A DNA stretch of 64,000 nucleotides from Escherichia phage JLBYU40, in sequence record NC_105514.1; one strand, 5' to 3'. Below, one piece after another: positions 1 through 9,763 of the stretch (position 1 is the stretch's first letter; each line of letters starts with the position of its first letter). Below the pieces are notes generated by a model. It saw nothing but the letters and a program-made list of their open reading frames with translations. It was not told the DNA's origin and searched no databases. The translations under genes and the position numbers were made by a program.

Positions 1-15
1 TTTCAACTTTAATTA

Positions 16-750
16 TTACGCAACTTTTAATTTCTCAATATATTGTTGCGGGCTGCAACTATATTCTGCGCGTTCTTCTTCGGTCATACCTTCCCAACAT
101 AATTGCAGGCGGTCGGCTAGGAACTGATAATCATTATCATCCTCAAGAGATTCATCAATAAAGGTTTCACCTATCAATGTCACGCCGATTGATAGAATAT
201 CGTTAACGGCTTGCGCATCCAGCGTTTTAAATCCGTATGATGCCGCCGCTGATAGCACGCCTTTATGATCATCAATCATTGTAAAATCAGCGTTCGGATA
301 TAATTGTTTAAATAATTCAAAATAATAAGATTTATATACTGCGTCCTTGCTGTGGTATATTTCGCTAACCTTATCAGCTTCAAAATATTTGTGTAGTGTA
401 TCGCGGGAAAATACACGGATATTACTATCCCCACGCCCTCGCAATCCTTGTTTACGCAAATAATAATAATCCGACTTGCTCATCAGTCGAGCGGTACAGA
501 TAATGTTTAACGTGTTAACATCATTCATGCACTGGCGCATATATGTAACAAGGGGCAATAGTGTATCTTGCATTATTAAATCATGTTTGCAGGCTTCATT
601 TTTATACTTATTTAAATCTAAATTGCCCTCGCTATCAAAGCAAGGCGCTACACGATGAAACGAATTAATGATAGTGCCGTCCAGATCCCAAATCATGACG
701 CGGGAAATATGCGGGAAATTACGGGTAATATTCGTTTTAACTTGATTCAT
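16..750 (-). CDS. dmp: HAD-superfamily phosphatase, likely 5'-deoxyribonucleotidase (T5 Dmp-like)
   Basis: 244 aa; N-terminal IWDLDGTI (HAD DxDGT motif); first gene of a dmp-A1-A2-like array. Confidence 0.6.
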   Translation of the reverse strand: MNQVKTNITRNFPHISRVMIWDLDGTIINSFHRVAPCFDSEGNLDLNKYKNEACKHDLIMQDTLLPLVTYMRQCMNDVNTLNIICTARLMSKSDYYYLRKQGLRGRGDSNIRVFSRDTLHKYFEADKVSEIYHSKDAVYKSYYFELFKQLYPNADFTMIDDHKGVLSAAASYGFKTLDAQAVNDILSIGVTLIGETFIDESLEDDNDYQFLADRLQLCWEGMTEEERAEYSCSPQQYIEKLKVA

Positions 751-830
751 TTTGTTACGTTCTCCATTTAAGGGATTAGATTAATTCAGCATTACCCGCT
801 ATTTATAAGCGGGTAATAATAAATTAACTA

Positions 831-1223
831 TTAAAGACCATAAGCCAACGCATCAGCGATAAAACTAACATCTTCACCCGATACACTGGAACGAATCCCC
901 GCACAAGTATATACTTTTGCGCTGATCAATTGATCATCAAGACAAGCGGGGCAAGGCGCGACAACTGCAAAGGCTAGGCCGGATTTTACGGCGTCGATGA
1001 TAATCGTTTCTTGTTTCACCGTGTCAACATAAACGCCTGCGGCCTTAATGTAACTACTTGCGCGGCCTTGCGTATAGGCAAAGGTAGTAACCTGCAAAGC
1101 GTCATTAAAGTCTAGTAGTTCATCAATAACGTGCCCTGCCTCGACGTGGTAACGTTCGCCGTTAGAATAAACCAGAACAATTGAGGACTGAGCGCGATCG
1201 AATGGAATATTTTGCTTTTTCAT
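831..1223 (-). CDS. hypothetical pre-early protein
   Basis: 130 aa ORF, co-oriented and tightly packed with neighbours. Confidence 0.45.
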   Translation of the reverse strand: MKKQNIPFDRAQSSIVLVYSNGERYHVEAGHVIDELLDFNDALQVTTFAYTQGRASSYIKAAGVYVDTVKQETIIIDAVKSGLAFAVVAPCPACLDDQLISAKVYTCAGIRSSVSGEDVSFIADALAYGL

Positions 1224-1261
1224 ATTTATATAACTCCAATTAGTTTAATAAGGGGTTTAAT

Positions 1262-1519
1262 TTATTTGATAATAATCTGCATCTGGTACGGCGTTAATTC
1301 ACCGTTTACGGGTAAATTATTATCGCTTAGCCACTCATAAAAAGCACCATCATCATCAAAAGGGACAATATCGTTATCACGGGAATCGACGGAAATAATA
1401 CCATCCGTATTAGTTTTGGCGGCTAGGATAGGCCCGAAGCTGTAAACTTTATCAGATTCCATTTCATCCGGTGAAATGAATACTTTTTCGTCCAATGTTT
1501 TGGGAAGAGTAACTTTCAT
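1262..1519 (-). CDS. hypothetical pre-early protein
   Basis: 85 aa ORF, acidic. Confidence 0.4.
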   Translation of the reverse strand: MKVTLPKTLDEKVFISPDEMESDKVYSFGPILAAKTNTDGIISVDSRDNDIVPFDDDGAFYEWLSDNNLPVNGELTPYQMQIIIK

Positions 1520-1536
1520 TTAATTTAGCTCCTATA

Positions 1537-1562
1537 ATAGCGGCTATATTTCAAGCCGCTAG
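1537..1562 (-). terminator. intergenic hairpin after the A1-like gene
   Basis: 8-bp stem TAGCGGCT/AGCCGCTA with 8-nt loop. Confidence 0.35.
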
Positions 1563-1575
1563 GGGAATAATTTAA

Positions 1576-3330
1576 TTACGCGAAAAATTTACCGTTTTTA
1601 AAGTCAATCAAAGTACGCTGACCGTTTGCATAGGTAATTAAATGCGTTTGCGTCCAGCTTGACGCGCCAACGTTGTAACCCATATCCAGACTACCAGCTA
1701 CGCCAGCGGTATAAACGCCGCCATAAATGCTTGCCGTATGAGTATGCCCTGTGTTTAATTTGCCCAATTTCTTAAATTGTTTCGGGTTGCCACGGCTGCC
1801 GTTAATGCCATTGTGACCGTGTACGCCGCATTCAATGCCTGCAATTTTAAATGATTGGTCAGTTGTTAGAAAAATGGCGTTAAACTCGCAACCTGCAACC
1901 TTACGCAGCGCATAATCTAGCACGTTGAAAGTATCGTCTTTTTCTGCAATAGCTCCATAAATCGCGGCATTTAGGCGGTGATATAGTTCCGCGTTTGCGG
2001 GGTCGTCTTTAATGTTAGCATTACGATCATCCAGCCAACGGGATAGCGCCAAATCGTGATTCGATTCAACAATGATCGTTTGACTAAAATCACGTTCCAT
2101 CGATTCCAGCACGCGCCCCGTATCGATAAGATCATCCAGAACTTTATCACGTCCGGCGGCATACTGTTTTGCTAGGAATACACCCGAAGCGCGGTTGTGA
2201 TGGTTGCGTGATGTAAAGTCGTGAACGTCATGGATAAACTGATATTTTGGTTTAAGAATATCAAGCAAGCTATTTTCGCCAGCCCATGACGCGGCGGCGC
2301 AATCGTCATCTAATTTTTCAGCGTGAATATCACCATATTGCAAGCCTAAAACATGCCCCGATGTTTCATAACATCCGGCGGGAGTGGCGCAAACATTCAG
2401 ATCATAAAACACGCCGCTTTCGTCCATTGTTTCAAGCTGGCGAACAAAAAATTCCCCGTCGTCGTCGAACTCAACAATCAGCGCCCCGAAATTATGCAGT
2501 GCTTCCGCTTTCTGCCCTGCTTTCTGCTGAATGTAATTTTTGAGCGTTGCCGTTCCGGTTGAATACATGCGGCGCACAATTTCACCTTTTAAAGCTGGCA
2601 CGCTTTCGGCGGTGATTTTAGCGTGACCAATTGCCAGACCTTCAAGATTAAGCGCGGTTGCAGTTTCAGCGAATCCAGATAGCGGATAGTCTGCGGTTGG
2701 CAAAACATTAATTTCAGCCATGAAAGCAAAACGGCGATTATTCAAAAACACGTTTTTGCTGCAAATATATTTATCGAACGCGGAATCATATTTTATTCCA
2801 TCCGCGCCCTCGCCATTTTGGAATCCGTTTTTATTATAAATATACTTAGAAACAAGCAAATCAGCGCCACAATATTTAGCATATTGTTCGAGCGAGGACA
2901 AAAAGTTTTTATGCGGGAACGTATTATTCTGAATCGATGTAATAATAAAGCGTTTACCCTGCTTTACTTCCCATTGTTCAACCGTGCTAGAAACAATCCC
3001 CGCCGCTTCTGGGCGCTCATCGTTTTTAATGGCTTTTGCTGCTTTCGCCGCTTTCGGTTTAGCTGGTTTATTTGCTTCCAACCAATCACAAATGGCGGTC
3101 GAGTGTTTTGTTGTATCGTAGACCGCTTTTGATATATCGTCGCAGACCTCCAGTTTAGTGGCGCGCAGACGTTTACCATAGAAATTAAAGTCAGCGGCCA
3201 TTTTCAGGATAGCGGTTTGTTTTTCTGCGGAAATAATCATAGTATAAAACTCCATTAAAGGGACTAGGTTAATAACGGCAATATTGCCAAATATAACGCC
3301 TATTATTTGAGGCGTTATAATTTGCAACAT
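1576..3330 (-). CDS. A1: pre-early A1-like protein with C-terminal metallophosphoesterase motifs
   Basis: 584 aa; C-terminal GVHGHNGINGS...GHTHT calcineurin-like motifs; size and position match T5 A1. Confidence 0.55.
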   Translation of the reverse strand: MLQIITPQIIGVIFGNIAVINLVPLMEFYTMIISAEKQTAILKMAADFNFYGKRLRATKLEVCDDISKAVYDTTKHSTAICDWLEANKPAKPKAAKAAKAIKNDERPEAAGIVSSTVEQWEVKQGKRFIITSIQNNTFPHKNFLSSLEQYAKYCGADLLVSKYIYNKNGFQNGEGADGIKYDSAFDKYICSKNVFLNNRRFAFMAEINVLPTADYPLSGFAETATALNLEGLAIGHAKITAESVPALKGEIVRRMYSTGTATLKNYIQQKAGQKAEALHNFGALIVEFDDDGEFFVRQLETMDESGVFYDLNVCATPAGCYETSGHVLGLQYGDIHAEKLDDDCAAASWAGENSLLDILKPKYQFIHDVHDFTSRNHHNRASGVFLAKQYAAGRDKVLDDLIDTGRVLESMERDFSQTIIVESNHDLALSRWLDDRNANIKDDPANAELYHRLNAAIYGAIAEKDDTFNVLDYALRKVAGCEFNAIFLTTDQSFKIAGIECGVHGHNGINGSRGNPKQFKKLGKLNTGHTHTASIYGGVYTAGVAGSLDMGYNVGASSWTQTHLITYANGQRTLIDFKNGKFFA

Positions 3331-3528
3331 TTAACTAATCGGCATTAGACTAGAACTAACACCACAAACAACGGCGGCAATAAAGCAAAGTAAGCCTAAA
3401 CGCTTTGCCAATTTAGATTTACGTTTAAAATAATATGAATCTAAATCATTTTGAAAATAAGCGAATAGTAATGAGGCCGCCATAATAAATAAACCTAGAA
3501 TTAACGATTCAGTAGGGTAAAAGATCAT
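3331..3528 (-). CDS. small membrane protein
   Basis: 65 aa, two hydrophobic segments; start abuts A1 stop. Confidence 0.4.
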   Translation of the reverse strand: MIFYPTESLILGLFIMAASLLFAYFQNDLDSYYFKRKSKLAKRLGLLCFIAAVVCGVSSSLMPIS

Positions 3529-3582
3529 TTTAATAACTCCTGATTTAAGGGAAGAAAATAACTATCGCTAAACAGTTATATT

Positions 3583-3609
3583 CTTGCCCCCTCACTAGAA
3601 GGGGGCAAG
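3583..3609 (-). terminator. strong hairpin after the A2-like gene
   Basis: 9-bp G/C stem CTTGCCCCC/GGGGGCAAG. Confidence 0.45.
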
Positions 3610-3618
3610 GTATAACTA

Positions 3619-4026
3619 TTATTCGCCTGCGGCTTGTTTCACTTCATCGGCAACGCCTAACAGTTGCGCTACGGCGTCCAGCGTTTCAAGTTTTGCACTT
3701 TCCAGACTTGCCAGATCGTCGGCGTCTTTAATAATGCCGGAATCGATAGCATGTTTAGCAATAACGCGCACGTAATGCGCTTTGCGGATTGAGCTACCGC
3801 CGCCAACTTTACGCGGCTTATCGCTTTTCTGATACGCTTTTGCGCTGGTCAATTTTGACCGAACGGATACGGGAGAAGCCGCGCCAACTGCTTTTGCAAT
3901 TTCTTTTAAACCGTCGCTATTTGCGAAATCTAAACCGTTTTCATTGATTAACTGCTGGTACATAGAAACAGCTTTCTGAGTGTTTTCTTCATTCCATGAG
4001 AATTTTGCGGTTTTAACGTTAGTCAT
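3619..4026 (-). CDS. A2: pre-early A2-like protein
   Basis: 135 aa; synteny downstream of A1-like gene; strong hairpin terminator follows at 3583-3609. Confidence 0.45.
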   Translation of the reverse strand: MTNVKTAKFSWNEENTQKAVSMYQQLINENGLDFANSDGLKEIAKAVGAASPVSVRSKLTSAKAYQKSDKPRKVGGGSSIRKAHYVRVIAKHAIDSGIIKDADDLASLESAKLETLDAVAQLLGVADEVKQAAGE

Positions 4027-4124
4027 GGTAAAAACTCCTATTAGTTTAATTTAAGGGATAAGATTAACATAATGTTAATCATTATATTCCCCATATTTCA
4101 GAGGAATATAAAGTTAACACTAAA

Positions 4125-4376
4125 TTATAAAACAGCTTCCCATTTTTCGTTGCGTTGAACAACCTTTACAACGTCGCCGGATTTAACGCGAACGCTAAAA
4201 ACGGTTTTGCCGTTGTTACTACGTTCATTTTCAGCGTATACCGCGTCGATTGTATCAAACGGCATAAGCGCCGCACCTTTAATACGTTCGGCTTTTCCGG
4301 TTAATTCATCCGTTTTAGTAACGAAAGGAATAAAAACGGATTGACCAATTTTTGGCGCGGTAATAACGTTTTTCAT
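4125..4376 (-). CDS. hypothetical protein
   Basis: 83 aa ORF. Confidence 0.4.
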   Translation of the reverse strand: MKNVITAPKIGQSVFIPFVTKTDELTGKAERIKGAALMPFDTIDAVYAENERSNNGKTVFSVRVKSGDVVKVVQRNEKWEAVL

Positions 4377-4412
4377 AGTATAAACTCCGAGTTATTTGGT
4401 GGATTGTTCCGC

Positions 4413-4439
4413 ATTACCTGCTGGAAAGTAGCAGGTAAT
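4413..4439. terminator. intergenic hairpin
   Basis: 10-bp stem ATTACCTGCT/AGCAGGTAAT with 7-nt loop. Confidence 0.4.
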
Positions 4440-4574
4440 AAGTAACAATCCGCTCGCCAGTATAATCGATTTAAAGAACTCCACGTAGGCCGCTATATCC
4501 CAGTTAGGGGGCGGGATGCATTATGGTAAGCACCGACCGTCAAATTTTATCAAGTTATCGCTCTTATCGAACTG

Positions 4575-4598
4575 GGTACATCTTAAAACCTATCGGCT
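4575..4598. repeat. left arm of 24-bp inverted repeat
   Basis: GGGTACATCTTAAAACCTATCGGC; 23/24 match to the reverse complement of 4841-4864. Confidence 0.7.
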
Positions 4599-4604
4599 AG
4601 GTTG

Positions 4605-4808
4605 TCAAACTATTTTTTGCAGTTTTTTATGATTTTCTTTCAGGTCAATCATAATATTGCGCCAGATCATTTCCAGACCTTGCTGGCGGCCTTTCTTGTA
4701 CTGCTTAAATCGCCATTTTACCGATCTTTGCGCTACTGTCAACAATTTTTTAGTTTCGCTATCCAGTGCCTTGCTAGGTTTACCAGTGATCAATAAAGTT
4801 TGTTTCAT
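4605..4808 (-). CDS. small basic protein flanked by 24-bp inverted repeats
   Basis: 67 aa, K/R-rich; bracketed by near-perfect inverted repeats at 4575-4598 and 4841-4864. Confidence 0.35.
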   Translation of the reverse strand: MKQTLLITGKPSKALDSETKKLLTVAQRSVKWRFKQYKKGRQQGLEMIWRNIMIDLKENHKKLQKIV

Positions 4809-4840
4809 ATCGTCGATTCCTTATATTATATAAGTTTACC

Positions 4841-4864
4841 GCCGATAGGCTTTAAGATGTACCC
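4841..4864. repeat. right arm of 24-bp inverted repeat
   Basis: GCCGATAGGCTTTAAGATGTACCC. Confidence 0.7.
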
Positions 4865-5581
4865 AATTTTTAAAGAGCGTGGCGGTAAACTTCCCGCCGT
4901 GTAGTTCGTCATTGCCGCCCTACGAGGTAAATACTAGCAAATACCAAAAATGGCGCAACCTTATTTTTGTAAAGAAACGTAAAGACACGATTCACCGGAT
5001 GGCGTGCGGCGACCTGGGCGCGGCGCATTAAAATTAAAGGAAACGGGCGCGCGAATACCACAAAACATAGCAGATAGGCAAGTAATTTTTTCATTTATAT
5101 TTGCTTTGCCCTACTTGACAAAATCTAAAAAGCTCAGGGTAGCGATAAACGGGCTATCCCTTTATGATGGGATGCCTGAAAAATTTACCGCGTCAGAAAG
5201 CGTTTTAGGCGGCTTATTTTCGATTTAACAAATATTTAACAAAAGCAAAATTGAAAAATAGTTGAAAAAGGTCTTGACTTTTAAAAATCAAGACTAAACG
5301 AGTTATTTTATAAAATTAATTAATTGACTTTTGTTTGTTGTTGTGTATTAGAAAGATAGCAGACTAATAATTACTAGAATGATAATCATGCTGGTGGATT
5401 GTAACAGCCTGAACCATTAGCAGACTATTAATCACGGAAAATCTCATTAGCCAACTAACTATTTCATGATATATAATATACTTATAAATTAATGAGAAAT
5501 AATAAGTATAATAAATAATAACTACAGTAAATAATAACTATAAGAAATTATCGGCCTAAGTGAGAACCACTATCATTTAAG

Positions 5582-5689
5582 TTATCCACAAGTTTATTAA
5601 CAGCACAAAATGATTTGACACGATAGGCGGCGATATAAAGACTTATCTACAGACTTATCCACAGGTTATCCTACTGTATAAATATACAG
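5582..5689. repeat. left arm of ~110-bp imperfect inverted repeat with DnaA boxes
   Basis: TTATCCACA at 5582-5590 and 5655-5663, TTATCTACA at 5643, palindrome CTGTATAAATATACAG at 5674-5689. Confidence 0.65.
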
Positions 5690-5956
5690 GGTAAATGGGT
5701 AGTATATTATAAGGATGTCGATTTTAAGCGGCCTAAAACGCTTTCTAACGAGCTAAATGCGGTGGGGTAATATTAAAGTAAAGCCTTCACCCGTCGCCCT
5801 GGTGGCTTCGCCGTGTTTTGCTCTTTATTACACCGCTGCGCGGTTATCATAAAAATATGCGCTAGGCAAGGAAAATAAAAAGGTAAAATAATCTTTGCCT
5901 ATGCTAGAAAATTACCTTTATCATTCACTCACCGATTAACGAGGGAGGCTGAACAA

Positions 5957-6967
5957 ATGAGGCTTTATAAACCTGATAATGCCACCGTTTTAAAAGGTGC
6001 ATTGCGCAACCTGCTGGACGGTAGCAAGTCAACCAGCATTAAACATTTTATTAACAAGGTTGAAACTATTCATCAAAACTTTTTTGATGAATATGACGCC
6101 TATGATATGGATAGTTTTCTACCCTTATATAAGCAAGGGGCAACGCTAGTTTTATATAATCGGGATTGCCATATCTTTACAGGCAGGGGAGCGGGACCGG
6201 ATACCGATTTTATTGTTGCGCAGGGCAATACTATTGTTGCGTATCATAGCAATTCAGGCCGTCAATCATTTAATATAAATGCTTTTGAGCTTATTGGGCT
6301 TGATCTTATAAACGGGCTTTCTAGCATTGAGGGATTTTTAGATGTTATCTGGAAGTATTTACCCGCTGGATGGTATAAGCCGGATAATGACGGATCTCAA
6401 TATACCGCTATAATGGCTTTTGATGGCGATGGTAATTTTTTGTTACCTTCGAAATTATACCCTTATGTATATAATGATCTAATAGAAGAGGCTGGTTTTT
6501 CTTTCTGGAAAGATGATGATCAGCCCATTGACAATATAGAAAACCATGCTGTAAATTCTAACACTCAAAGCGTTAACACTCAAACTACTGAAAACAAAGG
6601 AAAAAATACCATGACCAAGATCGCTAATATCGTTGCCGCTAATAAATCCGCCGTTGTAAATGCTGCAAAACTGGAAGCGGGTAAAATTGCACTGACTCAA
6701 ATTACGAAAGTAGCGGCTAAAAAAGCACCGTTCATGATTAAAGGTTATATTGATACACCTATCGGTCGAGTAGTGATTGCCAACCTGCTGAGCGTAGCGG
6801 TTGACCAGTATGCCCCGAACAACCAGAAAGCGAAAGCGGTAGCAGGTGCAGCTATGGAAGCGGCTATGTTAGAAATGGTACAAAGTTTCAATATTGCTGA
6901 AATGATTGATGAAATGGTAAAAGGTATTGATATTTCTACTTTTACTACTAACACTGAAAGCGAGTAA
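5957..6967 (+). CDS. hypothetical pre-early protein (336 aa)
   Basis: RBS GAGGGAGG upstream of ATG; first gene of plus-strand cassette between inverted-repeat arms. Confidence 0.55.
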   Translation: MRLYKPDNATVLKGALRNLLDGSKSTSIKHFINKVETIHQNFFDEYDAYDMDSFLPLYKQGATLVLYNRDCHIFTGRGAGPDTDFIVAQGNTIVAYHSNSGRQSFNINAFELIGLDLINGLSSIEGFLDVIWKYLPAGWYKPDNDGSQYTAIMAFDGDGNFLLPSKLYPYVYNDLIEEAGFSFWKDDDQPIDNIENHAVNSNTQSVNTQTTENKGKNTMTKIANIVAANKSAVVNAAKLEAGKIALTQITKVAAKKAPFMIKGYIDTPIGRVVIANLLSVAVDQYAPNNQKAKAVAGAAMEAAMLEMVQSFNIAEMIDEMVKGIDISTFTTNTESE

Positions 6968-7084
6968 TAAATAATCTAATGTAAAGTTTTGTAAAGGCCG
7001 CCTTTTATGGTGGCCTTTTTTGTTATAATGCCTTTACACCGTTTGAGGACGGTTGAAAATTTCCCAAAAAATTGGAGGCTTAAA

Positions 7085-7315
7085 ATGGTTGCATATTCTT
7101 CTTCTGACGCTCTTTTCACTGGAAAAGGCTGGGTATCAAATCGCTGGATCATTCAAGAAATGGTGCAAGAATACGGCATTGCTAAAACTTACACTACCAT
7201 TCAGGCGCTTTATGATAATGATCAAATCGATCAGCAAACGGCTGGCTTTTTGCTGGATACCCTGAAGGCGGAACATTGCACCAAAAAACAAGCCGCTAAA
7301 ATTATTTTAATGTAA
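7085..7315 (+). CDS. hypothetical protein
   Basis: in-frame ATG at 7085 preceded by RBS TGGAGG; the longer 7007 start lacks an RBS. Confidence 0.45.
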   Translation: MVAYSSSDALFTGKGWVSNRWIIQEMVQEYGIAKTYTTIQALYDNDQIDQQTAGFLLDTLKAEHCTKKQAAKIILM

Positions 7316-7513
7316 TTAATAACGGGGCGTTACTTTCGCCCCACTAACTAGGAGAATGAAAATGGTTATTTTTCGAGCTATTTTAGCGGGTATCTTGGGC
7401 GCTATTTTATCGTTGTTTGCAATAGCTTTCGGTGTTCACGCCGTTATTATCGGCGCGGGGATTGCCATTTTTTCTTATTTGCTGGGCTGCATGACTAGTA
7501 AAGGAGAATAAAA

Positions 7514-7726
7514 ATGATCCGCAACGTTTCTCTTGCTCGTTCGAAAGGCTTTAAGCTGGTGGACGTTAACACGTTCGAGCGTGAAGATTGTAAAATCGAA
7601 TATGTAGCGCGGAATAAAAACGCTTTTCGTGTTACCGAGAAAAAATTCGATAAGCGCGGCAACGTGATAGCTGAAACAGTTAAACATTTTGCCACCTTTT
7701 ACGCTGCGTTTCGTGGGGTACTATGA
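7514..7726 (+). CDS. hypothetical protein
   Basis: 70 aa; RBS AAGGAGA upstream. Confidence 0.45.
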   Translation: MIRNVSLARSKGFKLVDVNTFEREDCKIEYVARNKNAFRVTEKKFDKRGNVIAETVKHFATFYAAFRGVL

Positions 7727-7849
7727 AAAGCGTTATCATTATTATCCTTGCAATGGTTGGCGGTTTTACCGCCACCTTATTTAAAAATGATCCCCTTTTA
7801 CTGGGGATTTTTATGCTTTTATCTGGCTATCTGATTGGGAGGTTATAAA

Positions 7850-8194
7850 ATGGTAATTTATGAAGGCAATCGTTTTGTTGCTAATTGCCGTCCTGCATTG
7901 CTAGCAAATTACTTAAATCAGCTTTCACCAGCTTATAAGGGCGTCATTAATATTTACGAGGGCAAAGCGCATTATAAGATTAATGCGGTCGTTGCCCGTG
8001 AACTAGCGTTTCAATTTTTGACCTTTGCATCTTGTGACGTTCAGGTCATGGGTGAGGCGTTAATTGCAGAAAATGATGATGATTTTATTAACATTTTTCG
8101 CAAGGTATGCACCGAGCGCCTGATAATGAAAGGCGCATATATTCAATCCACTGCGGATAGTATTGAAACAGCGTTTCGAAAGGTGGCGCAATGA
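7850..8194 (+). CDS. hypothetical protein
   Basis: ATG at 7850 preceded by RBS GGGAGG; internal start of the 7835 ORF. Confidence 0.45.
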   Translation: MVIYEGNRFVANCRPALLANYLNQLSPAYKGVINIYEGKAHYKINAVVARELAFQFLTFASCDVQVMGEALIAENDDDFINIFRKVCTERLIMKGAYIQSTADSIETAFRKVAQ

Positions 8195-8367
8195 AAAAGT
8201 TTTTAATAGCTGGCATGTTTCCCTTGTTGCCTTATGTAATTTGCTGGGCTTTATATGCTCATGGTGCTAGTGTTCCCGGTGTGGTGTCATTTGGTGTATC
8301 GGCGGGCTTTCTAGCTGGACTATTGGCAAGCGTATATTTACGCAAATAATTAATAACGGGGGTTATT

Positions 8368-8562
8368 ATGAGCAATAAAATTATTGTAACCAAAACTACC
8401 ACAATGGTTGACGTTTTTTATGTGCCCGATACGCCGGAAAACCGGCAAGCGGTCGAGCGTGGCGAGTATGATAAAGTGATTTATGATCACGATGGTTATT
8501 ATCAGCATTTGGTCGATTCCTACGGGGAGGAGGAGAAGATCACGCATCAATTACCTGACTGA
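8368..8562 (+). CDS. hypothetical protein
   Basis: 64 aa; RBS-like GGGGG upstream; last gene of the cassette. Confidence 0.45.
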   Translation: MSNKIIVTKTTTMVDVFYVPDTPENRQAVERGEYDKVIYDHDGYYQHLVDSYGEEEKITHQLPD

Positions 8563-8705
8563 TAACAAGCGGGGAGCAGATCCCCGTTTTTCACGCCTCC
8601 AGATAAATACCCCTCTGTTTTAGTATCCCCACCAAAATTAAACGCGTTAGAATGCGATTCAGGACGGTTTAGCGGTATATTAGAATTATTCACTACATAG
8701 GAATA

Positions 8706-8813
8706 CTGTATAAATATACAGTAGGATAAGCTGTGGATAAGTCTGTTAATAATGCCTCAAAATGGCTAGGATTTTGTCAAGTCAAATCGTGCTGTTGATA
8801 AGTCTGTGGATAA
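8706..8813. repeat. right arm of ~110-bp imperfect inverted repeat with DnaA boxes
   Basis: same 16-bp palindrome at 8706-8721; TGTGGATAA at 8732-8740 and 8805-8813; shared AACAGCAC...GATTTGAC blocks. Confidence 0.65.
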
Positions 8814-8829
8814 CTTAAATAGCAGTGTT

Positions 8830-8876
8830 TCTCACTTCCATTTTTAAATGCGAGTCATTATCATTTGCATTTCACT
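8830..8876. repeat. 47-bp direct repeat, copy 1
   Basis: TCTCACTTCCATTTTTAAATGCGAGTCATTATCATTTGCATTTCACT. Confidence 0.7.
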
Positions 8877-8933
8877 ATCTAACCGATAATCATTCCACTT
8901 TTTAAATGAGAATCATTTCACTTCCTGAATAGT

Positions 8934-8980
8934 TCTCACTTCCATTTTTAAATGCGAATCATTATCATTTGCATTTCACT
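8934..8980. repeat. 47-bp direct repeat, copy 2
   Basis: identical to copy 1 except one base. Confidence 0.7.
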
Positions 8981-9046
8981 TTTTAAATGAGATTGATTCT
9001 CATTATCATTCGCATTCAAGCGGGCAGGGCAATTGCCCTGCGCTTT

Positions 9047-9647
9047 TGTGCAAATCCGACATTGCTCCACTGGTGTTACGTGTGGGCATGTATGTGCGAA
9101 TCCGACAATTTTTGGTAGTGTGCAAATCCGACCCGAAAAATTTTTATAGTGTGCAAATCCGACAATGAATTTTCCCAAAAACTCCAGCAATCCGATGCTG
9201 CGCATCAATCCTGTGGAATTAGCTAGAATATGTGCAAATCCGACATGGGTTTATTTGTGCGAATCCGACAAGATTTTTGTGACTTTGATTGGAGGGTGTG
9301 TGATTGTATGGGTTTGAGGAGAAGATGAGAGAGTGAGAGAAATTTGAGGGAACTGTGAGAGGGGCGCAGGATTGGTGCGGAGCACCTGATTTGCGGGGAT
9401 TTTGGGGAAGAGTTGAGAAGATTTGGGTTAATTTGAGATAGGTGCAGAAAAAGCGAAATTTTATTAGCTAAAGGGGGTAAAATAGCTTGACAAGTGAAAA
9501 TTTCTGTGGCTCAAAAAACACAAGCAATCATGGGCCTTCGGCCCGAAATAATGCTGCTATTTTCAGGAGAGTAAGAGTTCCTAAAAACTTAGGCGTTTGT
9601 GCAAATCCGACCATAAATTTCTAGAAATGCAGTGTGCAAATCCGACA
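9047..9647. repeat. iteron array: 8 co-oriented copies of TGTGCRAATCCGACM
   Basis: copies near 9047, 9093, 9118, 9150, 9230, 9256, 9598, 9633. Confidence 0.7.
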
Positions 9648-9690
9648 GTAATTTCTGGAAATGTGTTTTCAAAAAATGTTTCCTAGAAAT

Positions 9691-9763
9691 AACCGCCCTC
9701 CCTATAACCGCCCTGTATTAAACCGCCTAGTATATGTTCCTAGAAACTTAGGAGAACCGCCCT
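9691..9763. repeat. cluster of four AACCGCC(C/T) repeats with CTAGAAA palindromes
   Basis: AACCGCCCT at 9691, 9706, 9755 and AACCGCCTA at 9721. Confidence 0.6.

Noticed and set aside
9047-9647. Possible CRISPR array (repeated 15-mers)
   Set aside because: Repeat unit is only 14-15 bp, spacings are irregular (11 to over 300 bp), and no cas genes are present; this fits iterons or binding sites.
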